From: Chitinophagaceae bacterium
GTDB lineage: Bacteria; Bacteroidota; Bacteroidia; Chitinophagales; Chitinophagaceae
Length of the DNA: 55,504 nucleotides
NCBI GenBank assembly: GCA_025363075.1
Contig: JANYEP010000188.1
Coordinates: 1-55,504, forward strand
Direction of reading: 5' to 3'
Under the pieces are notes generated by a model that was not told the DNA's origin, made no database searches, and was given only the letters and a program-made list of their open reading frames with translations. Positions 9,804 through 19,999 of this stretch are shown one piece after another (the stretch's first letter is position 1; each line of letters opens with the position of its first letter). A program made the translations under genes and the position numbers.

Positions 9804-11345
9804 TTATTTACTATTAGTTTTTAGTTTTTTGCTAATCAAATCGTCTATTTGATGTATTGTTAAATTCTTCCCAATAATTCTTTTTTCTGCGTCTAACAAA
9901 TAGAAAATAGGTGTTTTATTTAAGTCATATCCTTGTCTAAAATTTGGCACACCTGCTTTTTCTGTAGCTTCTTTTGCAGCTCTAGTTTCATAGGTGTAAT
10001 ACCAATCTTTTGGAAGATTTTTTTCTATAATAAATTTCTTCAACTCTGGTAATAAATCGTCTTTAGAAATGGCACTGTAAACTTTTACATCCAAGTTCTT
10101 CCATTTGGCTCTGTAAATAGAATCCAACACAGGAATTTCTTGTCTGCAATGTCCACAAGTTGGATCCCAATAAGCAAATAAAGTGAACTTGTTTTTTAGG
10201 CTATAAAGAGAAATCACTTTGCCTGTAGTATCAGTTAAATCAAGTGGTGGAGCAACGCTGCCAAGTTGATTAAGCATCATACTGTAACCCCGGTCAATAA
10301 TGGTTTTCTTTGATTTGGTGTCCAATAAAGTTGTATCACCATGTAAATAATAATCGGTGAATAAATGAACAAAAACTTTGTCTTGTCCCATATATTCTGG
10401 ATTAATGTATTTGTTGGTAAACTTCGTTAAAAGATAAGCATACATTTCTTTTGAATCCCTTGAAGAAAGCAACATATATTGTATTTCTGGAATAATGCTG
10501 TCGGACTCTGGAGAAACATAATACTTCAAATATTCGTCAATCTTTGGCTCAAAAAAAGGAGTACGCAATAAACGCTCATCTGCAAAAACCACATCATCCC
10601 AATAATGATCTTTCACAAAACGATAAGGGTAAGTTGAGTCTGCTTTTTTAGTAATTGGGTCAACTGGAATTGCTGGTGCTTCTGGTCTTCTCATTGCTGC
10701 AAGCAAAGCACTCATTAATGTGTTTGGGTTTTTTTCTATTATATCATCTCTTACTTTCAATAATTCTGCATTTTTTTCTTTCATCGCTGTTCTGATTTTT
10801 GCAGAATCAGCAGTAGTTTTTGCATCTTTTAAAGTCCCGCTTAAATTATTGATTATAGTGCCAATTTCAGAAGTGCTTTTGGAGTAGCTTTTAAATAAAT
10901 CATTATCAACTGATCCTGTAATTTCAAACTTATCTTTTTGTGTAGTATCGCCTGTAATATGGAAGTTTTGCTGATTGCCAACCAATACTTCAAACTGAAT
11001 GCTATATGCCTGAGAAACCACAAAATAAATTCCACCAACTAATTTTTTTGCTCCTTTAAAATGCCCTTTACAGCTCTCATCTAATTTACAAGAGTCCATA
11101 ATGGCTTTGCCTTTTCCATAATAACATCCTAAATAAACCTTTTGATTTTTTGCAGGGTTAAGTGTAATAGAAATATCGTGTCCACCATCATTTACTGCTG
11201 GTTTTTCAACAGTTGCAATTGTTTTTTTTGTAGGAGCTACAACAGTTTTATTTGTTGTAGGTTTTGCTGTTGTTGATTTTTTTGCTTGAGAAAATCCTGA
11301 TACAAGAATTAGTAAGGATAATGATAAAGTAAACGCTTGCTTCAT
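9804..11345 (-). CDS. Exported thioredoxin-like (TlpA) protein with DUF5106-type middle region
   Basis: WDPTCGHC CxxC motif, HYWD...RLLRTP, signal peptide from MKQAF (11345; alternative start 11351). Confidence 0.8.
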   Translation of the reverse strand: MKQAFTLSLSLLILVSGFSQAKKSTTAKPTTNKTVVAPTKKTIATVEKPAVNDGGHDISITLNPAKNQKVYLGCYYGKGKAIMDSCKLDESCKGHFKGAKKLVGGIYFVVSQAYSIQFEVLVGNQQNFHITGDTTQKDKFEITGSVDNDLFKSYSKSTSEIGTIINNLSGTLKDAKTTADSAKIRTAMKEKNAELLKVRDDIIEKNPNTLMSALLAAMRRPEAPAIPVDPITKKADSTYPYRFVKDHYWDDVVFADERLLRTPFFEPKIDEYLKYYVSPESDSIIPEIQYMLLSSRDSKEMYAYLLTKFTNKYINPEYMGQDKVFVHLFTDYYLHGDTTLLDTKSKKTIIDRGYSMMLNQLGSVAPPLDLTDTTGKVISLYSLKNKFTLFAYWDPTCGHCRQEIPVLDSIYRAKWKNLDVKVYSAISKDDLLPELKKFIIEKNLPKDWYYTYETRAAKEATEKAGVPNFRQGYDLNKTPIFYLLDAEKRIIGKNLTIHQIDDLISKKLKTNSK

Positions 11346-11535
11346 ATTCATATTAATTTTTGAGGGCGTAAATGTACGCAAAAACATATTTTTTTGTTGG
11401 AGTACAAATACTTTAAAACAATTTTTTGCGATATTGGCAAAGATTAAGCCATAAAATATAAAAATGCTGCCATTCTTCTGCTTCTGTTCAAGCTGTGTTA
11501 TGGTTGTAGCTTAATATTGCAGCATATTTTAGACG

Positions 11536-12774
11536 ATGATTCAATACAATAAATTTACTTTAGATAATGGCTTACGTGTTTTAATTCACGAAGATCACAG
11601 CACGCCAATGGCTGTTGTTAATGTGCTGTACGATGTGGGTGCAAAGGATGAAAACCCCAACCAGACTGGATTTGCACATTTATTTGAGCATTTAATGTTT
11701 GGTGGAAGCATTAATATTCCAGATTATGACGAGCCTTTGCAACGTGCAGGAGGAGAAAACAATGCCTACACAACAAACGATTTGACGAACTATTACTGTC
11801 AACTACCTGCTGAAAATTTAGAAACTGCAATGTGGCTCGAAAGTGATAGAATGTTAAGCCTAGCTTTTGGCAAAAAAAGTTTAGAAACACAGCGAAAAGT
11901 AGTTTGCGAAGAATTTAAAGAACACTACATTAATAAACCCTATGGTGATGTTTGGGCAAAAATGAGAGCCTTAACTTATAGTGTGCATCCTTATCAATGG
12001 ATGACAATTGGCAAAGAATTGAGCCACGTTGAAAATGCAACTTTGGATGATGTAAAAAACTTCTTTAAAAAACATTATTGCCCTGCAAATGCCATTCTTG
12101 TAATTGCAGGAAAAGTTGATACAGACAAAGCTTTAGAGCTATCAAATAAATGGTTTGGTTCAATTCCTAGTGGAGAAAAATATGTAAGAAATTTACCACA
12201 GGAACCAGTGCAAACTGCTGCAAAGGAATTAGAGATTAAGGCTGATGTTCCCTTAGATGCTTTGGTAAAAGCCTGGCATATTGATAGTAGATTGGAACAC
12301 GGATATTATGTTGCAGATTTAATAACAGAAGTTTTAGGAGGTGGTGGTTCATCTAGATTGTTTCAAAAATTAGTAAAGGAAAAGCAACTTTTTTCTAACC
12401 TTGATTGTTATCATTTTGGCAGCATAGAAAAAGGATTGCTTGCCATTGAAGGAAAGTTGGTTAAAGGAAAATCTGTGCAGGAAGCTGAAATTGCAATTGA
12501 TGAAGAGTTGCAAAAAATTATGACAGAAAAAATTTCTGAAGAAGAATTGCAGAAAGTGAAAAACAAAACCGAGAGTGTAATTGCTTTTGAAGATATGGCT
12601 TTAATGAGTAGGGCAAATAGTTTAGCAATGTACGAATTGCTTGGCGATGCAACGATGATGAATACTGAACTTGAAAAATATCAAGCCATTACAACAGATG
12701 ATATTTTGAAATACAGCAAATTAATATTTAACAAAAATAATAGTAACACACTACGATATCTTAGTAATAATTAG
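11536..12774 (+). CDS. M16 zinc peptidase, catalytic subunit
   Basis: GFAHLFEHLMF inverted zincin HxxEH; NAYTTND. Confidence 0.92.
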   Translation: MIQYNKFTLDNGLRVLIHEDHSTPMAVVNVLYDVGAKDENPNQTGFAHLFEHLMFGGSINIPDYDEPLQRAGGENNAYTTNDLTNYYCQLPAENLETAMWLESDRMLSLAFGKKSLETQRKVVCEEFKEHYINKPYGDVWAKMRALTYSVHPYQWMTIGKELSHVENATLDDVKNFFKKHYCPANAILVIAGKVDTDKALELSNKWFGSIPSGEKYVRNLPQEPVQTAAKELEIKADVPLDALVKAWHIDSRLEHGYYVADLITEVLGGGGSSRLFQKLVKEKQLFSNLDCYHFGSIEKGLLAIEGKLVKGKSVQEAEIAIDEELQKIMTEKISEEELQKVKNKTESVIAFEDMALMSRANSLAMYELLGDATMMNTELEKYQAITTDDILKYSKLIFNKNNSNTLRYLSNN

Positions 12775-12789
12775 TGATACAAAAACACA

Positions 12790-14070
12790 ATGCTTAACAG
12801 AACAACACAACCACATATAACAGAACCAACGGAATTTAACCTGCACTTAAAGCCTTATCAACACTACGTTTTAGATAATGGTACAAATGTGTATGCAGTA
12901 GAAGCTGGTGAACAAGAAGTGCTTTCCCTTGAACTTGTTTTTAATGCAGGCAATTGGTACGAAGAAAAAAATATCATTGCAGCATCTACCAATTTTTTGT
13001 TGAAAAATGGAACAAACTCTAAAACGGCTTTTGAAATAAATGAACACTTTGATTTTTATGGTGCCTATTTAAACAGAAGTTGTTATAGTGAAACTGCTAC
13101 CATCACATTGCATTGCTTAAGCAAGCACCTGCATCACTTAACTCCTGTTGTTACAACACTCATTACAGATGCTGTTTTTCCAGAAAAAGAATTGGCTATT
13201 TACAAGCAAAATCAAAAGCAAAAACTGGAAGTTAATTTAAAGAAGTGCGACTTTGTTGCCAATCGTTTAATTGATGAATATTTGTTTGGCTTTCATCACC
13301 CGTATGGTCGCTACACTTCAACAATAGATTATGATGCAGTCGATAGAGAGAGCATTGTTGACTTTTATAAAAAATATTATACCCACGGTAATTGTAAAAT
13401 ATTTATTGCAGGAAAACTACCTGTTGGTTACGATAAAATATTGAACGAATCTTTTGGAAAACTTCCGTTTAACAATACCAATTTATTTCAAAAAGAAATT
13501 CATTCAGCTCCAGCCATTGAAAAAAAATACAACCTGATTAACGATGTAAATGGTGTGCAGGCTGCTGTGCGTATTGCAAGAAATTTTCCCAATAAACATC
13601 ATCCAGATTTTCAAAAAACATTGGTGTTGAATAATGTTTTTGGAGGATTTTTTGGCAGCCGTTTAATGAGCAACATTAGAGAGGATAAAGGTTACACTTA
13701 TGGCATTTATTCTTATTTACAAAACCATATTCACGAAAGTGCCTGGATGATAAGCACTGAATGTGGACGAGATGTAAGCACTGCAACCATTGATGAAGTG
13801 TATAAAGAAATGAAGATTTTGCACGAAACTTTAATTGATAAAGAGGAGCTTGATTTGGTGCGTAATTATATGCTTGGTACTTTGCTTGGCGACCTTGATG
13901 GTCCTTTTCAAATTATTAGTAGATGGAAGAGTTATATTTTAAATGGATTTACTGCCGATTATTTTAATAGTGCTATTAAAACTATTAAAACAGTTTCTGC
14001 TGAAGAACTACAAACCCTTGCAAAAAAATATTTGAACCCTGATGAATTTTTTGAATTGGTTGTTGTATAA
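12790..14070 (+). CDS. M16 peptidase, non-catalytic partner subunit
   Basis: SRLMSNIREDKGYTYG C-terminal R/Y motif; no HxxEH. Confidence 0.9.
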   Translation: MLNRTTQPHITEPTEFNLHLKPYQHYVLDNGTNVYAVEAGEQEVLSLELVFNAGNWYEEKNIIAASTNFLLKNGTNSKTAFEINEHFDFYGAYLNRSCYSETATITLHCLSKHLHHLTPVVTTLITDAVFPEKELAIYKQNQKQKLEVNLKKCDFVANRLIDEYLFGFHHPYGRYTSTIDYDAVDRESIVDFYKKYYTHGNCKIFIAGKLPVGYDKILNESFGKLPFNNTNLFQKEIHSAPAIEKKYNLINDVNGVQAAVRIARNFPNKHHPDFQKTLVLNNVFGGFFGSRLMSNIREDKGYTYGIYSYLQNHIHESAWMISTECGRDVSTATIDEVYKEMKILHETLIDKEELDLVRNYMLGTLLGDLDGPFQIISRWKSYILNGFTADYFNSAIKTIKTVSAEELQTLAKKYLNPDEFFELVVV

Positions 14071-14079
14071 ATTTGATAT

Positions 14080-14466
14080 ATGATTAAGTTTATTACAAAA
14101 GCCATTACTACTTCGCTAGCTGTAATATTTGCTGCATATATTTTGCGTGGCGTTCACGTTAAAGACACTTTAACAGCAATGATAGTAGCTATTGTTTTGG
14201 GTTTGCTGAACACATTTGTAAAACCCATTCTTGTGGTGCTTACCATTCCTATCACACTTGTTACACTTGGATTTTTTTTACTAGTTATTAACGTACTAAT
14301 AGTTTATTGGGCATCAGAATTGGTGGAAGGTTTTAGAGTTGATGGCTGGGGATGGGCTTTATTATTCAGCCTTATTGTTTCGTTTGTTTCCAGCATTATT
14401 GAGAGGCTAATTAATAAATATGGTAAGGACAGACGTGATACAAGATTTGATGGTCAAGAGTTTTAG
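14080..14466 (+). CDS. YvlD-like 4-TM membrane protein ('phage holin family' superfamily IV)
   Basis: LLNTFVKPILVVLTIPITLVTLGFFLLVIN motif. Confidence 0.85.
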   Translation: MIKFITKAITTSLAVIFAAYILRGVHVKDTLTAMIVAIVLGLLNTFVKPILVVLTIPITLVTLGFFLLVINVLIVYWASELVEGFRVDGWGWALLFSLIVSFVSSIIERLINKYGKDRRDTRFDGQEF

Positions 14467-14472
14467 TATTAG

Positions 14473-15381
14473 TTAAAACAGTTCGGTTTGCTTGTTTACA
14501 AAAACAGGTTTTTGCAGGTTTAATTTACATGCATCGTTTAATTTATCTACCATATATGCGGTAAGTTCAGGTGAAAATGCTTCGTCGTGCATATGCATAA
14601 AAAAGTAAACCTCTTCAATGCCTTTATCTATCCAGTATTTTATTTTATCTATCCATTCATCAACCCTTGTATAATCTGTTGGATGAAGACTATTGCCTAC
14701 GTATCTTATAAATGTTTTTGGAACTGTGAGATGTAAATGATTGCAATTCCTTCTACCACTGGTATCAGTTATTACTGCACCTAAATTATTATCCTTTAAA
14801 AAAGTAAATAACTCGTTTCCTATATCATCATTTGTAAACCAATCAGGATGTCTTACTTCAAGAAAAAATTGTAAGTCGGTTGGCAATGATTTAAGATAAG
14901 TAAATAAATCTTCTTTTCTATTGGGAGAAAATGTGTCGCTTACCTGCACAAATATTGGCCCCAAGTGTTCTTTAAAAGCTGCTATACCTTTTAAAAATTC
15001 ATCGCTGATAACTTGTTTATTACTTAATGTACCACAATGCGTAACACCTTGATACATTTTAGGGCAAAATATAAAGTCTTTACCAGATGCTTTTTCTGCC
15101 CATTTTGCAATACTTTTTTCATCGTAAATCTTATAGTGGGTAGCGTTTAACTCTATACAGTTATAATGTTGTACATAGTGTTTCAGAAAATTTTTTTCGC
15201 TTGTTTTAGGTGGGTAAATTTTGCCAATCCATTCCTTTCTCCCCCATTTAGCACAACCAAGATAAACCTTTGGGTGCTTAGTTTTTTTACCACTTAAAAC
15301 CTTTGTGTTAAAGGCTGGTTCTTTAAGCAATGTAAAATCTATGCTATCCAATTCCTTTTCATCGACACGTCCAAATTCCAT
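14473..15381 (-). CDS. DUF72 family protein
   Basis: LGCAKW, CIELNATHY, LEVRHPDW, DTSGRR motifs. Confidence 0.88.
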   Translation of the reverse strand: MEFGRVDEKELDSIDFTLLKEPAFNTKVLSGKKTKHPKVYLGCAKWGRKEWIGKIYPPKTSEKNFLKHYVQHYNCIELNATHYKIYDEKSIAKWAEKASGKDFIFCPKMYQGVTHCGTLSNKQVISDEFLKGIAAFKEHLGPIFVQVSDTFSPNRKEDLFTYLKSLPTDLQFFLEVRHPDWFTNDDIGNELFTFLKDNNLGAVITDTSGRRNCNHLHLTVPKTFIRYVGNSLHPTDYTRVDEWIDKIKYWIDKGIEEVYFFMHMHDEAFSPELTAYMVDKLNDACKLNLQKPVFVNKQTELF

Positions 15382-15479
15382 AAAATTATTTTGGGTTTAT
15401 TAGTTGCGTTATTTTAACGACTAAGCCAATAAAATAACGATAGCGAAGCTACAAGCTTCGTAGAGAGCGTGTTTGTTAT

Positions 15480-16061
15480 TTATTTAAAGGTTATGTGATA
15501 CATAAAGACAATGATGTAAAATACACCAATGATTTTATTAATTTTTTGCATATTCAGTTTAAAATACAACAATAGCCTATTGCCAATTATCATATAAAAA
15601 AGCATTATTAAAAGTGTGCCAATTGCATTGAATAGCATAAAAAATAATAGGTTGCTATGAGTTACTTTATAGTTTAATAATTGTGACATTATTGTTGTGA
15701 TAACTAACCAAAAAACAATTTGCTGCGGATGAAAAAATATATAGAATAAACCTCTTTTTTGAGTGTTTTTTGCAATATCAACATCGCTTTTATTTTCAAA
15801 AATCATCCAAACCCCCATTACTAAAAGTAACAAATTTGAAGCTATGTTTAGGTATATCAACAAGTCGTTTTGGTGTTGTATTTTATTTAGTAGAGTTACA
15901 GAAAAGTACAGATATACGCTCTCGAATAATACAATGAGAAACAATATAAAATATAGCTGCGTCTTTTGCTTTGATTGATACAGTTGCAATACCATTAAAT
16001 TAATATTTCCAGGAAATAAATAACCATAAAATCCAGTTACTATGCCAATTACATTCATCAT
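15480..16061 (-). CDS. LysE/RhtB-like small-molecule exporter
   Basis: PGNINL N-terminal motif, HPQQIVFW (NP..W analogue), about 6 TM helices. Confidence 0.7.
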   Translation of the reverse strand: MMNVIGIVTGFYGYLFPGNINLMVLQLYQSKQKTQLYFILFLIVLFESVYLYFSVTLLNKIQHQNDLLIYLNIASNLLLLVMGVWMIFENKSDVDIAKNTQKRGLFYIFFHPQQIVFWLVITTIMSQLLNYKVTHSNLLFFMLFNAIGTLLIMLFYMIIGNRLLLYFKLNMQKINKIIGVFYIIVFMYHITFK

Positions 16062-16062
16062 A

Positions 16063-17118
16063 TCAGGCTACTTTTTGTTTAAACTCTTTTTCTTGTTTTC
16101 TCCAACTTTTAAAATCGCTATAACTCATATAAGCAACGCCTTTTTTATTGTTGAGGGTTGATGCTTGATATAACATTTTATAATGTTTGGCTATTACTTG
16201 TTGGGCTTTCAAGAAAGAAAAGTTAGGGTCGTAAATATGAGCAGGCTCTGCACCAGCACCATTCAACTCAAGTATTGAAATATTTCTACCCTCTTTCAAA
16301 TCTTCAATGCTGGTACAACGCAAATCAAATCTGCCAAAATAGAAACCATCAATTTGCTTGCTTATTTCATTAAAAGTTTTATTTAATTGCTCATCAATAA
16401 TGTGATTATAGTTGATAAACATTGCACCTAAAACGTGGTTACCATAAGGCACTAAAGTTTCTTCTTCATCTTTATTTAACACCTTTTCAAAGTTTATTGA
16501 TTTGTTATTTTTAAGATTTTGATATTGCAAAAAAGCTCTATCATTTTTTAGTATTAACTGCTCAATATTTAAAACTCCATCTCCTTTTACTGTTAGTAAT
16601 TTTTTTAAAGTAACAGATGTTACTTTTCCTTGATGCCTATTTGGATTTCTAAAATAAAAAACACTAAACTCTAAAGGATAATCAACGTAGGATTGAATTA
16701 GAAAGGGAATATTAATTTCATTAATGTAATCATTCAAAGCTTTTTTATCGCTTAATTTCTGTACGCACCAACCTCGTTCTCCTCGATCAGGTTTTGCAAT
16801 AATTGGAAAGGAAATATTATTTGTATTTAGCTTGTCCAATACAACATCTAAAGTGTCTGTATCTTTAATATAAATAGTTGAAGGAAAATATTTTTTAGGT
16901 ATGAGTTCGAATATTTTCCACTTGCTTTCAAAAAACATTCCTCCTGTTTCTATTGTAGGATTTGAAGCTGAGAAAAAGAAAAAAGACCTTGCTTTTATAG
17001 CAAGGAATATGTAATAAAAACTAACAGGGAAATATACAACCCACATTGGCCAATATTCCCAATTAGTGGTTTTAATATAGTATCTCCTAAGCTTAAAAAG
17101 TAACTTATTATTGCCCAT
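16063..17118 (-). CDS. Membrane-anchored ATP-grasp (Ddl-like) amide ligase
   Basis: N-terminal hydrophobic WEYWPMWVVYFP segment; IAKPDRGERG, LIQSY, GRFDLR, ILELNG. Confidence 0.85.
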   Translation of the reverse strand: MGNNKLLFKLRRYYIKTTNWEYWPMWVVYFPVSFYYIFLAIKARSFFFFSASNPTIETGGMFFESKWKIFELIPKKYFPSTIYIKDTDTLDVVLDKLNTNNISFPIIAKPDRGERGWCVQKLSDKKALNDYINEINIPFLIQSYVDYPLEFSVFYFRNPNRHQGKVTSVTLKKLLTVKGDGVLNIEQLILKNDRAFLQYQNLKNNKSINFEKVLNKDEEETLVPYGNHVLGAMFINYNHIIDEQLNKTFNEISKQIDGFYFGRFDLRCTSIEDLKEGRNISILELNGAGAEPAHIYDPNFSFLKAQQVIAKHYKMLYQASTLNNKKGVAYMSYSDFKSWRKQEKEFKQKVA

Positions 17119-17126
17119 AATTTAAA

Positions 17127-17879
17127 CTAAAACTTGGTCTTGTTTAGCAACATACAACTTGATAAACTTTTATCAATACTCATATCAACACTGGTAAACT
17201 TATAATCAATAAAATCGTAGTGGCTAAAGCAAGCAGTTTGGTGATGTTGTAGTTCAATGAAAGAGTAACTGATTGTTTTCATTGTTGCACTTCTGTCTAT
17301 AATAAATCCATTTTTTTTATCGTCAAAAGACTTGAAAAAGTTTAACAAACTAAGTTTTGAAATAGGTGGATTCATTGCTATCCAATTATCAAACATATCT
17401 TTTCTTTTAGCTTTTGCATTGTTTGAATAAAGCGTTGATGATGAAAAAATATGTGGGATGGTAGCATCTAATAATATTCTTGTTTTATTTGTTCCATCCC
17501 ATAGTAATTGAAATAAATTATCATCGCTAAAAACAATTAAGGTAAAGGGCTCAATATCTGTTAGGTTCATTAAATTCCAATCTACAACAGGCAATTCGCA
17601 ACTTAATAATTCACGTACAATTAAACCCCTGCTTTTTCTATAAAAACTTTTACGAGTATGATTTTCAAAGCTGCCATTTAACAAAATAATTACATTGTTA
17701 AAATCATTTACACCTATCCAAGTGCCACCAGCAAAAGCATCAATTGGCGATATGAATTTTATTTCATCATCATCATTTATTTGTGGCATAGATGCTTTGG
17801 GTCTTATGGGACTTTCATCTCTTAAAGAAGCAAAATAACCTGTGCCACTATTGTTGGGTATATAAACTACTGTACACAT
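17127..17879 (-). CDS. NRDE/TANGO2 family protein (Ntn-hydrolase-like, N-terminal Cys)
   Basis: MCT start, LRDE (NRDE variant), GGTWIG, LLNG, SRGLIV, EPFTL. Confidence 0.88.
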   Translation of the reverse strand: MCTVVYIPNNSGTGYFASLRDESPIRPKASMPQINDDDEIKFISPIDAFAGGTWIGVNDFNNVIILLNGSFENHTRKSFYRKSRGLIVRELLSCELPVVDWNLMNLTDIEPFTLIVFSDDNLFQLLWDGTNKTRILLDATIPHIFSSSTLYSNNAKAKRKDMFDNWIAMNPPISKLSLLNFFKSFDDKKNGFIIDRSATMKTISYSFIELQHHQTACFSHYDFIDYKFTSVDMSIDKSLSSCMLLNKTKF

Positions 17880-17890
17880 ATTATTTATTT

Positions 17891-18523
17891 TTAAAAACCA
17901 AATCTTGTTCCTATTAAAATAGATAATGCCTGTGGCTTGCTATCTTGAACTGTAATATTTGCAGTCCAATAAGAAGCATCAACATAAATTGTTTGTAGTA
18001 CTTTAGACTTTGTTTTATATCCCAATCTTAATCCACCTCTGGTAAACAATCCACTCATTCTTGTTACTTCTTGCGTTATAACATTAGTGGTGTTGTTTAT
18101 AGTTAATCTTGGCTCGCCAATATTAGCATAGCCTAATCCTAAATATGGTGAAACAAATAAACTTCCAGACTTATTGATGCCAATATTTCTCCCTACATTA
18201 AAGCCTACTAAAAATACAGAGCTACTTGTGTTTTGAAATAAGTAATTTGAACTTGCATCTTTAATTTGTTGGTCATAATTTATTGCATTAAAATCCAAGA
18301 CAAATTGTGCGAAATAATTTTTACTAAACTTGTGTTCTATTCCAGAATTCAATGCCAGTGAGGTTTTGTAAGCATTTGAAAATTTAGACAATGGTGTTAG
18401 TATTCCTACAGATGTTGTAAAAAAAGTCTTTGAAGTATCTTGTGCTGTAGCATTGATAACAGAAGAACTAACAACAATTATCAAAACAATTTTTATAGCT
18501 ATATTAATTTTTATCTTATGCAT
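17891..18523 (-). CDS. Outer membrane beta-barrel protein
   Basis: Signal peptide from MHKIK (18523, overlaps the DinB stop), alternating beta strands, C-terminal GTRFGF. Confidence 0.75.
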   Translation of the reverse strand: MHKIKINIAIKIVLIIVVSSSVINATAQDTSKTFFTTSVGILTPLSKFSNAYKTSLALNSGIEHKFSKNYFAQFVLDFNAINYDQQIKDASSNYLFQNTSSSVFLVGFNVGRNIGINKSGSLFVSPYLGLGYANIGEPRLTINNTTNVITQEVTRMSGLFTRGGLRLGYKTKSKVLQTIYVDASYWTANITVQDSKPQALSILIGTRFGF

Positions 18524-19016
18524 TTTGTAATGATGATTGGTATTTAATAGTAGAATAAGCCATACCAAAATTGGTATCTACCATATTTAATTTTAGTTCA
18601 ATCAAAGCAACTTTTATAAGTGCAAAATGATGAATAGTATGTTCTATATTATATACTATTTCTCTAAAATAAGTTGTGGTTACAATTGGTTCATTTGAAT
18701 CATCATTACTCTCGATTGTCAGTTTTAATTTTTTATCTGGCAATTGATAATATTGTTCAAGACTTGCCAACACACTCAATGCAATTTCCTTATTGGTTTC
18801 TAAATCAAGATTTCTTTTTCTATTGATATAATCAACTGTGCCAGTGTGGTAGCCATCAATTGCACATTGTAATAGTTCAATAATATGTCTTGTATGTCCA
18901 CCAATATTTGCATTGCCTAAATGCTCAACTTTTTTTGTAAATTGATGCTGGGTCAATGACTCAATTAGATTTTTTAGCGATGCTATTTGCTGCGATAGTT
19001 GTTGAAATATCATCAT
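18516..19016 (-). CDS. DinB/YfiT-like four-helix bundle protein
   Basis: IGGHTRHIIE, YINRKRN, EHTIHHFALI metal-binding His pattern. Confidence 0.85.
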   Translation of the reverse strand: MMIFQQLSQQIASLKNLIESLTQHQFTKKVEHLGNANIGGHTRHIIELLQCAIDGYHTGTVDYINRKRNLDLETNKEIALSVLASLEQYYQLPDKKLKLTIESNDDSNEPIVTTTYFREIVYNIEHTIHHFALIKVALIELKLNMVDTNFGMAYSTIKYQSSLQNA

Positions 19017-19023
19017 TATTAGT

Positions 19024-19428
19024 TTATTTATTAAGCAATTTTGATTTTAGTTGGTTCAACAAATTCAAGCCTTGTTGTTTCTGCATAAAAGCAATTACAA
19101 TACACAAAATCATTACAATAATTGCAAGCATAAAAAGCTGCCCACCATCTCCCTTAGATTCAATGCCAATAACAGTTAGGTGAGATAATATTGCCCCAGA
19201 CATTAAACCAATTCCTAAAAAAGCACCAATAAAAGCAGTCGCAGGAATTAATAAAATAATACCTGTAATTAACTCAATAATACCTGTTCCAATTCGTCCC
19301 CAAGGTTCAACGCCCAGTTTAGTAAACAGCTCAACCGATTCAGGATGACCCGTAAATTTAAAATACAGTGTTTGCAATAAAATAGCAGCAGCTGCTACAC
19401 GTAATATCCAGGAAATAATATTTTTCAT
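19024..19428 (-). CDS. DoxX family membrane protein
   Basis: LQTLYFKF, EPWGRIGTGIIE, GAILSHL; 4 TM. Confidence 0.85.
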   Translation of the reverse strand: MKNIISWILRVAAAAILLQTLYFKFTGHPESVELFTKLGVEPWGRIGTGIIELITGIILLIPATAFIGAFLGIGLMSGAILSHLTVIGIESKGDGGQLFMLAIIVMILCIVIAFMQKQQGLNLLNQLKSKLLNK

Positions 19429-19447
19429 TTTAGTTGGTTTAGTTTGA

Positions 19448-19909
19448 TTATTTAAATGTGCTCATCCAGCTTTTATCAGCCTTTGATTTTAAGTTAGTTT
19501 CATCCTTATTCCATTTGTTTAGAGTGTTATTAACCCAAGAGTGATAAAACAAATAAAGTTTGCCATTGAGTACTTTAAAAGTCTCTGGATCTACTTCTAC
19601 TTTTTCGCCAGTTGCACCCATTGCATAGGCACACCATCCACCATATTGTGGTTCGTAGTTTTTAGGGTTTTTTACAAATAAATCTTTGTTAGCAGCAGAA
19701 GAAAAATTGTAAGTAATTCCTTCAACAGTTGCAGCAAATTGTTTATTACCCTTTACTGCTTTGTTTTGATTAATATATGCAACTGGGTCGTAGCCTTGAA
19801 TGGCAATCCCTTTTTCAACATTAAAGTGTTTTGTTCTTAATGGTGATTGTGCATTGGCAAATCCAATGGTAATAATTGTTGCAATGAATGCTGTTAAAAT
19901 GTGTTTCAT
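19448..19909 (-). CDS. Exported YHS domain (seleno)protein homolog, Cys form
   Basis: Signal peptide, GYDPVAY, FSSAANKDLF..NP..YEPQYGGWCAYAM, GKLYLF. Confidence 0.9.
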   Translation of the reverse strand: MKHILTAFIATIITIGFANAQSPLRTKHFNVEKGIAIQGYDPVAYINQNKAVKGNKQFAATVEGITYNFSSAANKDLFVKNPKNYEPQYGGWCAYAMGATGEKVEVDPETFKVLNGKLYLFYHSWVNNTLNKWNKDETNLKSKADKSWMSTFK

Positions 19910-19962
19910 TTTTTTGTTTGATTTAATAATGCAAAAATGCTAAGAGAGCATAGGGCTTGCAA

Positions 19963-19999
19963 TAGACATAGTTCCCTATCACTTGTATATTCTTCCCTA
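19963..19999 (-). promoter_or_regulatory. Putative AraC-family tandem operator (21-bp period)
   Basis: TAGACATAGTTCCCTA (19963-19978) and TGTATATTCTTCCCTA (19984-19999), upstream of the YHS gene. Confidence 0.55.

Noticed and set aside
11536..14070. Second M16 gene lacking HxxEH as a pseudogene
   Set aside because: Active/inactive heterodimeric M16B pairs are well known
14080..14466. 'Phage holin' as evidence of a prophage
   Set aside because: YvlD-type proteins are common chromosomal genes, and there are no phage structural, lysin or integrase genes nearby
19448..19909. YHS protein as a selenoprotein
   Set aside because: The relevant codon is TGT (Cys) and there is no in-frame TGA
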